From: Octopus vulgaris
Lineage: Eukaryota
NCBI GenBank assembly: GCA_951406725.2
Contig: OX597821.1
Location: 92,876,001 to 92,940,000 of the forward strand
Length of the DNA: 64,000 nt
Direction: 5' to 3'
The notes under the pieces are model-generated. The model was given only the letters and a program-made list of their open reading frames with translations. It made no database searches and had not been told where the DNA came from. This document shows, one piece after another, positions 53,181 to 64,000 of this stretch. Positions within the stretch are counted from its first letter, which is position 1; every line of letters starts with the position of its first letter. Both the position numbers and the translations under genes were made by a program.

Positions 53181-53830
53181 GTAAGTCCAAAGAGAAAGAA
53201 GGAAGAATACGGAAAAATTGCTAACAATCTACGTGCGGTTACATTTCTGCGGATATATATACACACACACATGCACACGTGTGTGTGCGTGTGTGTGTGT
53301 TTGTTCGTGTTTGAATGTGCATATGTCTTTGTGTGTATACATGTAAATGTTGCGTACATGTTTGCATTCGCAGGTGTTTTGTAAAACTCCTGAGCTACAG
53401 AGGTTTACATCAACAAACATCTGTAAATATCACTCTCTGCAGCTCAACGCCAGGTAGTGATATTTGCTGACAATTCTCTGTATAAATAATTCAGCAGCTC
53501 CGCACTTTCAAGGGCCTTTTGAAGACGAATAGAATGAGAACTTCCTTACATGATAAAAAAAAAAGGCTAGTGATAAAAAGGACATCTGGCTTTAGCAACA
53601 ATCCCTTGATAATATGTATTTGGTGAATCCATACTAGCATTGCAAAATGAATGCAAAACAAAGTGAAATATTTCAAGCATTAATCTTACTGCAACATAGC
53701 CTCAGATAACTATGTAAATGCCTAGAAAACAACTGAACAGAAGGGTTTACAAGGGTTTACTACCCTGATTCATACCCCACGTCTCATGACAAAATACAAA
53801 AGAATGACCCAGTGAGAGACTATCTAGGCT

Positions 53831-54247
53831 GGATCTTTTCGGTTTGAACGGCAGTTTTTAACAATTTCTAAGTAACTAAAAAATTTATACTTCATATACT
53901 GGTAGAATGTGTTTATAAAACATCTTTTTCTCTTGGCTTTATTGAGAAAATCCTATAGTTTGTAAGATATTTGTTGTTTTTTTCTTCAATTTCTGCAAAT
54001 TCAACCAATCACTGACGTCCATTGAGGTAAAAAGCATTCTGTGCTGTATGAATATGTCCCTCATTTAAGAAACAGATTGGGTTTATTTACATTTGTGAAG
54101 AAGAAAAGATACCCATCCCCGCACCCCTAACTAATCCTAACCTTAAAAGAGATTGAAATGCAATAGTTCGATACTAGGGTCATAATTATGGGTGACAATT
54201 TCATATGACACCGCTAGAAAAAACTGCCATTCAAACCGAAAAGATCC
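53831..54247. mobile_element. MITE (GGATC-TIR family), opposite orientation
   Basis: TIRs intact; TSD tctaggct / tctaggtt (7 of 8 match). Confidence 0.9.
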
Positions 54248-55099
54248 TCTAGGTTAGTGGTTTTTGACTGTTTTTTACCAATGGAACCCTTTGAATAATG
54301 TTTTATTCTCTTGACTCCCATAACCATTCGATGTCTAAAATCTAGTTTTGATAGATACTGCTTTCATATTTCCTATTTAGTTTTTCATACATTCACTTGG
54401 GTAGATTTGCAATAGCACTCTCCAAGCGAACCTGTTCAGTGGCTGGAATCACATTGAACTATGAGAAAGAATTCTAGTCGTTTCTTGCAATGAATACATT
54501 GAAAGCAAAAAGTTTGTCATAGACATTTATAGAACGACTGAGAATCCCCAATTTTCTATTTTGCTTCATGGCCACCCCCAAAAAATTTATGTGGACCATC
54601 TGGGGTAATATGAACTCTGGTTGAGAACTAGCATTGCAAAATGAATGCGAAACAAAGTGAAATATTTCAAGCATTAATCTTACTGCAACATAGCCTCTTG
54701 GTGGCCACTTGATTGTCTAAACATAGCAGCTAAATCTTTTGTTCTAATAATTAAAATGTAAAAGAAATGACATACTGCACAAGAGCCAACTTGGAATAAA
54801 AGTATGACAGAAATTAAAGATGTATTCAACATTAAATTGTTGGGTATTAATGGATTAAATTAAGGCTACGACGATGTTTTGTAAGGAAGGGCTTATAAAC
54901 AATTTTGAGAATCAAGTGTATTTGTATTATTGGTACATGTTTTGCTGAAGCCGGAAAGATAAAATGCATTGTTAACTCTCCGAGGAATTGAACTCAATAC
55001 AGTGCCTTTAGTTTAAATACTAGTTCGATTATGCATTGAAATAAATACGGTGCTTCAAAGCAAAACAGGTAAGCTCATGCTTACGTGCACATTAATAAC

Positions 55100-55225
55100 C
55101 ACACAGACAAACACACACACACATGCACACACATGAGCATGCACACATTCATATATGCTTACCTACCTTCGCATATATACATATATATATATATATATAT
55201 GTGTGTGTATGTATATGCATGTATG

Positions 55226-55266
<41 letters not shown>

Positions 55267-55275
55267 CTATATATC

Positions 55276-55348
<73 letters not shown>

Positions 55349-55369
55349 GTATATGTATATATATATATT

Positions 55370-55426
<57 letters not shown>

Positions 55427-55609
55427 ACAGAAAGACGGAGAAAGAGCAAGGCCTATATTCATATGCATATAAAGCAACTTTATCTATATGTATAAATGCA
55501 TACACGAAATAAATGTGAATACAAGTCCATATACATACACACACACACACACATACATACATATATATATATATATATATTTATTTATATTGATATATTC
55601 ATATATACT

Positions 55610-55677
<68 letters not shown>

Positions 55678-55994
55678 TGGTATATATGTATATACACCTC
55701 CTCCAGAGATGCTTGTCATAATGCGCTGTTTGATGTAACATGCTGCAATGATGGGTTTCCAAAGCATCACTAGCCATTTATTGCATCAACTGTAAATCTA
55801 GTACAATAAGCTGTTGCTTCTCTGTGTTTTATTATTTTCATCTGGCTATGACTTCCTCTATCATTTTCCTGTGTATTTTTATCTCCTTTTTGCTGTTTCT
55901 TTATCTGTTCTTCACTTTCTGTTGTTGTTTCTTTTTTTTTCTTCTTTTTTTTTCTCTGCCAATCCATTCTACCTTGTGTGTGCGTGTGTTTGTA

Positions 55995-56033
<39 letters not shown>

Positions 56034-56333
56034 ATATTGCTGTGCAAGTATATCAGAATGCGTAATTCTCTGCAGGAATTTATATACACATATACATACA
56101 TATATGTGTGTATATATATATGTGCATATATATATATATATATATAAATGTGTGTATATATATATGTATATATATATATATGTGTGTATATATATATATG
56201 TATATATATATATGTTTGTAGATGTTCATGTATGTATGTGTTCATATATATATTAATAGAAATTAGATAAAAATGCGTGTGTGTCCATGCATGTGTGCCT
56301 GTATATACAAATGTTATGTGTGTATATATATAC

Positions 56334-56369
<36 letters not shown>

Positions 56370-56796
56370 TACATATACATATATATATACAGACATATGT
56401 GCATGCATACATACATACATATATATGTATACATTATGAAGTGTATATGTATGTGTGTGCATGTATGTGTGTGTGTGTAAAGGTATGTAAAGATTTACAA
56501 TTTTACTTTTATATAATGATTACAGTTGCATGTATAGAGGTATACATTTATATATATGTTTATACACATATACATGCACATATATAAATACATTCATACA
56601 CATATATAGCTATATACATTCATATGTACATATATATATATGCATTGTATATATAATATATTCATTTGTATTATATAAATATGTGTGTATGTATATATAT
56701 ATATATATATATATAATTCCAGTATGTGAAATCATATGCAAACATACATATAGCTATGCTTATAAATATATACCAAAATCCATTCTAAGGCATATA

Positions 56797-56878
<82 letters not shown>

Positions 56879-56880
56879 TC
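55100..56880. repeat. Extended (TA)n/(TG)n/(CATA)n low-complexity region
   Basis: Direct inspection. Confidence 0.85.
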
Positions 56881-58210
56881 ATAAAAACAAACAAACACAT
56901 ACACTCTTACGCATGCACACAAGCACAAATATAATTTAGAATTGGAAAACAAATGTCTGAAAGGAAGCTATTTGGTGAAATCATCTCACAAATGATTTCC
57001 AATCTTGTGTCTATTTGCATAGAAAGCTAGACAGCCACTTTAACATGGAAACATTTGCAATGACTATTATCACTGCCATAAAACAAAATCTTCAGATATT
57101 TCCTGCGACATTGTAACAACTGATAAGAAATATCTGCTGAAATTGACCGATATTCAGTTAATACGAAGCTCTTTGTCGAGATGCCAAATGCTAAATCTTT
57201 TTCGGCTTAAATATACAGAACACTTGTTAGTGTTAGCTTGTAAATTCCTAACAAAAATAAGCATGTGGAATTAGGATTGTCAGCATTTTTTAAAGAGTTA
57301 CTATTACAGAAGCTGAAATATTTGTGATATTTCATGCCATGTTGTGTTAAATAGAAGATGAAAATTGGATGATAGTGTCTCTGAATTACACCGACTTTAG
57401 ATTTCAGAGAAATTTTTTCCCCTTCGATATAAGTTAAAGACTTTATATATACATATATGTCAATGTATGTGTATACACATGCACACACACACACACACAC
57501 ATATGTGTGGGTATTTGACATTTTGGTGTATATCTTTATATGTTTGTTTGCTTTTCAAATTGCAATTTTTCTAATATAACTGCACAAACTTGTCATGTAT
57601 CGTAATGGCCATGCTATCCAGATGATATTAACCAAAATAATATGTATATTTTATAGGTTTCATGGATGTTATTCTGATTACTAGTAAGAAAATGTTCTGT
57701 CATTTGTCTGAATACGAAATCACTTGCACTAAATATTGCTGATAATAAAGTCATGCACAATATCTTTCATTTTTGTTTTATTTTGTTTACCATGTTTGTT
57801 TTAGTTTTCGATTTTGTTTTTGTTCTTGATTTGTTTTTTTTTTTCATATTTCCCTCTCAAAGTTTCCTGAGATAGAATGCAAAGTGGTGAAAATGATGGC
57901 TGTATTGTTGATATGTTATGGTTTCAACTCTTAAAGGCAGCAAATATCTTTATGTTATTCAGTCAAATACATTATTACTTTTGTTTTTCGCTTCCTTAGG
58001 ATACGATTAAACATAAGATAAGATTAATGGACATGGGATTAAAGGACAATTCTCATGATTCTCTCCTCTGTCATACAACTAAAGGATCATCATAGATTGA
58101 TTAGCATGTAATTTAAATAATATGTTCACGGATATAATATACTATCTGAAGAAATAAGGGAGAAGCACAGCTTTCTTTCAATACAACTGAGTTAAACCAA
58201 CCAGGTAAAA

Positions 58211-58401
58211 TAGCGGTATTTCTTCTGCCGTTACGTTGTGAGTTCAAATTCCGCCGAGGTCGACTTTGCCTTTCATCTTTTTGGGGTCGATAAATTAAGT
58301 ACCAGTTACACACTGGGGTCGATGTAATCGACTTAATACCTATGTCTGTCCTTGTTTGTCCCCTCTGTGTTTAGCCCCTTGTGGGTAATAAAGAAATAGG
58401 T
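58211..58401 (+). mobile_element. SINE family B (5'-truncated)
   Basis: Consensus match; an older copy lies at 58795-59010. Confidence 0.8.
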
Positions 58402-59147
58402 AAAATGCTGTTATTCTTGTCTAATCCTCAATCATCCCTGATTTAGCAGACCAGCGAGGAAAGTCATTCCACCTGTGACCATCTCATCCTATTCCCAGAC
58501 ACAGTGCACCAAAAACCTTATCATCCGAGGTGCCATGATTTGTTGAAGTAGTGAGAGAGGTTTGGCTGCTATTTCTACCAAATTGAGCAACTAGTGGTAA
58601 TTTCTTTCATCAATTCCTTAACTAGGTGAAGTTAATTATGATGGTTGTGAGATGTTGAAGTGTAGTGGAAGGATAGAGCACATAAATAGATACGTTAGAT
58701 TTACTTTAATAACTAGATTTGCCTAAATATTGAAGAAGACAAAGTGGGCTGGCATCACAGAATATTTACCACCAATATTAAAGGAGAGTAGGACAGTCAG
58801 CTGGCAGAATCATTAGCACACAGGGCAAAATTCTTAGTGGAATTTTATCTGTCTTTACGTTCTGAGTTCAAATTCCACTGAGGTTGACTTTATCTTTCAT
58901 TCTTTCAGGGTTGATAAAATAAGCATCAGTTGAGCTCTGGGGTCGATGTAATCAACTTACCCTCTCACCTGAAGTTGTTGGTTTTGTGCCAAAATTTGAA
59001 ACCAATATTAAAAGAGAGTTTTCAGAAATGTTAAACGTAACAGGTGCAAAAACAAAACAAAAAAAAAAAAGGGTTATGCACAGTAATCAAGAATCAAAGA
59101 AGGTAAATCAGTCTTTTATTAAAGAGTGTGGAGTTTTATGTAACAAT

Positions 59148-59565
59148 AGGCGCAGGGGTGGCTGTGTGGTAAGTAGCTTGCTTACCAACCACATGGTTTC
59201 GGGTTCAGTCCCACTGCGTGGCATCTTGGGCAAGTGTCTTCTGCTATATCCCTGGGTCGACCAATGCCTCATGAGTGGATTTGGTAGACGGAAACTGAAA
59301 GAAGCCTGTCGTCTATATGTATATATATATATGCATGTGTGTGTGTATATGTTTGTGTGTCTGTGTTTGTCCCCCTAGCATTGCTTGACAACCGATGCTG
59401 GTGTGTTTATATCCCCGTCACTTAGCGGTTCAGCAAAAGAGACCGATAGAATAAGTACTAGGCTTACAAAGAATAAGTTCCGGGGTCGATCTGCTCCACC
59501 AAAGGCGGTGCTCCAGCATGGCTGCAGTCAAATGACTGAAACAAGTAAAAGAGAAAAGAGAAAGA
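59148..59565 (+). mobile_element. SINE family A
   Basis: Full-length consensus match. Confidence 0.9.
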
Positions 59566-59964
59566 GATATGTTGAAGATGGTTGAATATCTAAAGAAAGG
59601 GAATCAGTATCCATGACCTTTCAAGGATATATCAGAATGGAAGGATACAAATAGCTGGTACCTAGTCGCAATATCTGCAAGCAAATGTGTTTGGGTTAAA
59701 GGGGAAGAAGGTCTCCTCTGAATGGGAGCAACAAAAATATACTCTTCTAAAAACATCTAAGATTATGTTGTTGGTATCAAGTCACTGGTTATAGTCAGGG
59801 CAAGCTCAAGGTACCAGCGACTCAGGAAATCATCCCAGGGCACCATGTGCTTTTTAGTCTACATATTCAGTTTTTCTCCTTGTGAAAGTTTTTAAAAATT
59901 ATACTTGTAAGGGTGCTGAAGTTCAGCTTGCCCAGGGCATCAGCAACCCAAGAGCCAGCCCTGG

Positions 59965-60590
59965 TTATGGTACACCAAATGTTAGTGTTACATCAGATAT
60001 AAAGAACAAATTAGATTGCTGTAGTAGTCTACTACATAGTGGTGTCACACCAGACCATAGTTATACACCAGGCATCAGTGTTACTCTAGTTGGTGGTGTT
60101 ACATCACATAATAGTGGAACGCTAGTACATATAGTAAGGAGAAAACAGGTAGGATTCATCAGGTTGGAGATGTTACAACAGGTGATAGTGTTCTCTACAT
60201 AGTGGTGTTACACCTGTTGGTGGTGTTGAATCAGATACTAGTGCTACATCAGATGGTGATGTTAAGCCAAATGGTAGTGTTGCAAGGTGGTGATGTTACA
60301 TTAAATACAAGTGGCAGTGTTACATCAGATACTAGTGTTACACCAGGTTGGGGTGTTACACCAGATAAAACTGGTATGCCAGGTGATAGTGTTCTCTAAG
60401 AAATGGAGTTACACCAGGCAGTAGTGTTACATCAGATACTAGCATTACATCAAGTGGTGAGAGTTCAACCAATTAGTAGTGTTACAAGATGGTGGTGTTA
60501 CACCTAGACGTGGTGTTAAACCATATCATTGTAGTAAAACTGGTGTTCCACTTGGTAGAGTGATGTACCAGATGATGATAGTAATGGCAC
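59965..60590. repeat. Degenerate about 18-bp minisatellite (ggtgttacaccagat..)
   Basis: Recurring gtgttacaccag / gtgttacatcagat. Confidence 0.7.
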
Positions 60591-60701
60591 CATCCATCAA
60601 AATTTAATGTAAATTTATGTTACATACATCACCTTAATAATAATTACAAAGTTATATTAAATCATTCATTATTTTCAAAATTAGCTGAAAGAAGGGCTAG
60701 A

Positions 60702-61110
60702 TAGTTAGTTAGTTAGTTAATTATTTGGCTCAAAAAGCAAAAAGCAAGGCCATGTAGGGGGACATGGAGTTATGTACAGGGTGGTGTTCATGTAAAGAGT
60801 TCAGGTCATTTGTGGTCAAGGGAGACTTTGAACCGAGCGGTCGTCGGCATCTTCAATATCTCGTCCAGCAGCTTATTCCACGGATCCGCAACCCAGACGG
60901 ACAAAGCCCCTCTCCTTCGATTGAGACGAAATCGTCGCAGATAGAGCTTTTCGGAATGACCCTGCAGCCGACGCTCTGGAGCAGGAGAGAAGAATAGCCC
61001 TTTCGAGAGGTTACACTTTCTGCTTATGATGTGAGCGAGAATGAGATCACCATGGCGTCGGCATTTTTCTAGAGAATAAAAGTCGAGCGTCTTCAGCCTT
61101 TCTTCATAAT
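60702..61110 (-). mobile_element. 3' end of CR1-clade LINE
   Basis: YEERLKTLDFYSLEKCRRHGDLI..LQGHSEKL..RRGALSVWVADPWNKL; (TAAC)n tail. Confidence 0.85.
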
Positions 61111-61692
61111 TTAGTAACAAAAAGATTAAGCACTTTGTCAGAAATTTAGATAATTATAAGGGAAATGTGTAAGGAAAAACAGGTTTTATGTTATATTTTA
61201 TAAGTTAAACTCACAAAGTTTTTAGTTCAAAAGGATCAGATTATTAAAAGATTTAATAGATATGGCACTCAAAATCAGACAATTATGAAAAAAGCTTCTA
61301 CTTGGTTGTTGCAGATACTAAAAATAGCAGTGAAATGTCCCTCAAATTATGCACTCACATCTTGATGACAAAGCTGTGCATTTAATAATGTGGTTCAAAA
61401 AGCATTGTCTCTATGGGGAAGATCACATGATTATGACTGGAATGACATTGATCACAGATTTGTGAGATCAAATTTAATTTGGAGTGAAACGACAACAAAA
61501 ACAACAAGAGCTACATTTGATTATCAAGGGGAGCAGAGACAAAATCAAAGATGCATAAGCAATTCATCATCATCATCATCATTTAAAGTCTGATTTTCAT
61601 GCTGGCATGGGTTGGACGATTTGACTGAAAACTGGTAAGCTAGGGATCTGCACCAGGTTCCACTCTGATGTGACAAGGTTTCTACAGCTGGA

Positions 61693-62078
61693 TGTGGAGG
61701 TGCAATGGCCCAGTGGTTAGGGCAGTGGACTCGCAGTCATAGCATCGCGGTTTCGATTCCCAGACCGGGCGTTGTAAGTGTTTATTGAGCGAAAACACCT
61801 AAAGCTCCACGAGGCTCCGGCAGGGGATGGTGGTGATCCCTGCTGTACTCTTTCACCACAACTTTCTCTCACTCTTACTTCCTGTTTCTGTTGTACCTGT
61901 ATTTCAAAGGGCCGGCCTTGTCACTCTCTGTGTCACGCTGAATATCCCCGAGAACTACGTTAAGGGTACACGTGTCTGTGGAGTGCTCAGCCACTTACAC
62001 ATTAATTTCACGAGCAGACTGTTCCATTGATTCGGATCAACCAGAACCCTCGTCGTCGTAACCGACGGAGTGCTTCCA
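61693..62078 (+). mobile_element. SINE family C, inserted into an older minus-strand retroelement 3' end (61565-62365)
   Basis: Consensus match; host reads ...ctacagctggatg | ccctacctaatgccaac... and has a (CAT)n tail. Confidence 0.85.
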
Positions 62079-63179
62079 AACAGCCCTACCTAATGCCAAC
62101 TACTCCAAGAGTGTAGTAGGTGCGTTTTATGTGCTTCTGGCATGGGTGCCCTTAATCCTGACACCAGCATTGGCCATGACTACGATCTCACTTGGTTTGA
62201 AAGGTCTACAGAAGCACGGTATATTGCCAAAGGTCTTGGACACCTGTCACAGTCTCCGTAAGGCCCAATGCTCAAACTGTGCTTTTTACATGCCACTGGC
62301 ATGGGTGCCAATCAGATGGCACTGGCATCAGCCACGCCTATGATTTCACTTGGCTTGACAGGCAAAAAAGGACAATGTATGGGAGTCATTACACAAAAGA
62401 TTGCTGGGGAAATACAGTGAAAATAATAAGTTATATTAATTTGGCGATATAGTTAATATTGGAGGCAAAGAAAAAGAACATTTTTGTGGTTAGATTTCTG
62501 AGTGAGAAAGAAAATGGAATAATGCCTACTAGTATTGAAAATGAATAGATTTCTATTCCCCACTACATATAATGGATAAATTATAAAACTGATTGTTCAG
62601 ACGTTTGATGTTCTATAATATAAAACATAGATTGCATGTCACATAATGTAATGTCACATTACGCACTGGGGTATCTGTGAAGATTCTCTGTTCATGAAAA
62701 GAATCAAATAGAAGCCAGCTGACCTAAGCTGTTCCAATCTCTAAGATCTTCACCATGCCTGATGTTGTCTGCCAAAAGCTTATAATTTGCAAAGAGGAAA
62801 TTTATTTCTTTTAAGTTGCTTAGTCAGGGGAGGAAATGGATCTTTTTAGAGCCTTCAAAAACTGGCAAGGAAAATGGAATAAGTTATCCTCAGACCAGAG
62901 ACCTGATTTCAATTCTTAGAAAGGGCTCTGACACAGCAACCCCAAGGAACAGATCAAGTAACAGATTAAGTCTACCATCCAATAACAGTAATAACCCCTC
63001 TCTCCTACAGTTTCTATCTGATTAATCTCCCTTAAAACTTTCATGTGTATAACAGAAGACAGATGTTCAATGCTCCATGTAAGAGGAATTGATGAAAAGA
63101 ACATGAAGGTTTCAAAACAAACTTATTAACTACATACACATATTCATTTTAGATTTTGGCGAAGCATGAAGAGTGCTTG

Positions 63180-63995
63180 AGCCCCTTGGCTCCAAAATGG
63201 ACCAAACAGGAAAAATTCAACAGGTTGAGATCAGGGCTTCTTGAGAGTCATCCATCGTTGCCTATGAACGACAGATGGTTTTTCTGAATCCAGTGTTGTG
63301 TCTGTTTGGAGCTGTGGGATGGTGCTGAGTCCTGCTGGAGGCTCCCTCAACGAAACCAGATACACTCCCAAAGTTGATCATTCTGGTAGTTTACTGTGTG
63401 TTTGATGTAAAATTTCTTTTCATCAGTGAACACCAAGTTGGGCAGTGTGCCTTCAGCAATCTGATGCAGGATAATACAACTTCTCTCTAGTCTCATGGCC
63501 TTATAAACTTGTGTGAGATCATGACAGCAGATCACCTTGTAGGGGTGGGGTCCTGATATCCTCCTTCAACACTCGATATATCGATGTTCAGCTTATTTTT
63601 GCTGATAGCCAGTTTTCTGGTGGAATGATGACGATTTTGCCGTATCTGGTACTAGAACAAGCTGATGTATCTGCACACTTCTTTTTCTGCCATGTCCAGG
63701 TCGATCAGAGGTGAACCCAGTCTCCTGAAATTTCTTGACAATTTTTTAGACTGTTGTTCGGTTAATTTTAAGCTTTTTTGCTATAGCTGTATTACTTTCG
63801 CCTCCTTTGTGGAGGGTTATGATTGTATTTCAGTCTATAGCCATTATCTAATTTATAAATCTGAATTTATTTCGTCTGAAACAAAAAGAAGATACACTAA
63901 GCTTTTACAATGATGTATAATTTTCATATCTTATCACATTTATTGATAGTTAATAAAGCCTGAAACTTCGGTTACCTTAATTTCAGGAGATCCTG
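63180..63995 (-). pseudogene. Tc1/mariner transposase relic with 5' TIR
   Basis: NLVFTDEKKF (first catalytic D) followed by NYQND; terminus ta|caggatctcctgaaatt. Confidence 0.7.
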
Positions 63996-64000
63996 TATGT

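Overview
Repeat-saturated, AT-rich eukaryotic DNA with no convincing host protein-coding gene; most ORFs in the track are translated microsatellites or SINE sequence. The GC-rich expanded 18S rDNA and the SINE repertoire suggest a coleoid cephalopod, probably an octopus (inference). Contents: a 5'-truncated orphan 18S rRNA/ITS1 copy (13.5-15.8 kb), a palindromic A/T satellite, several tRNA-derived SINE families, decayed LINEs (Tx1/L1-like, R4/Dong-like, RTE, CR1), Tc1/mariner relics, non-autonomous Helitrons and a MITE family with 8-bp TSDs. The most notable signal is a set of short non-coding elements, often fold-back and sitting in (TA)n tracts, that carry minimal type-I hammerhead ribozyme motifs of several unrelated sequence families. 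These include canonical cores, a G3:C8 compensatory core swap and ribozymes on both strands of one hairpin. Some of these elements and their relatives also share a second, covarying RNA helix that I cannot assign to a known class. All coordinates were read by eye; no folding or database search was run.
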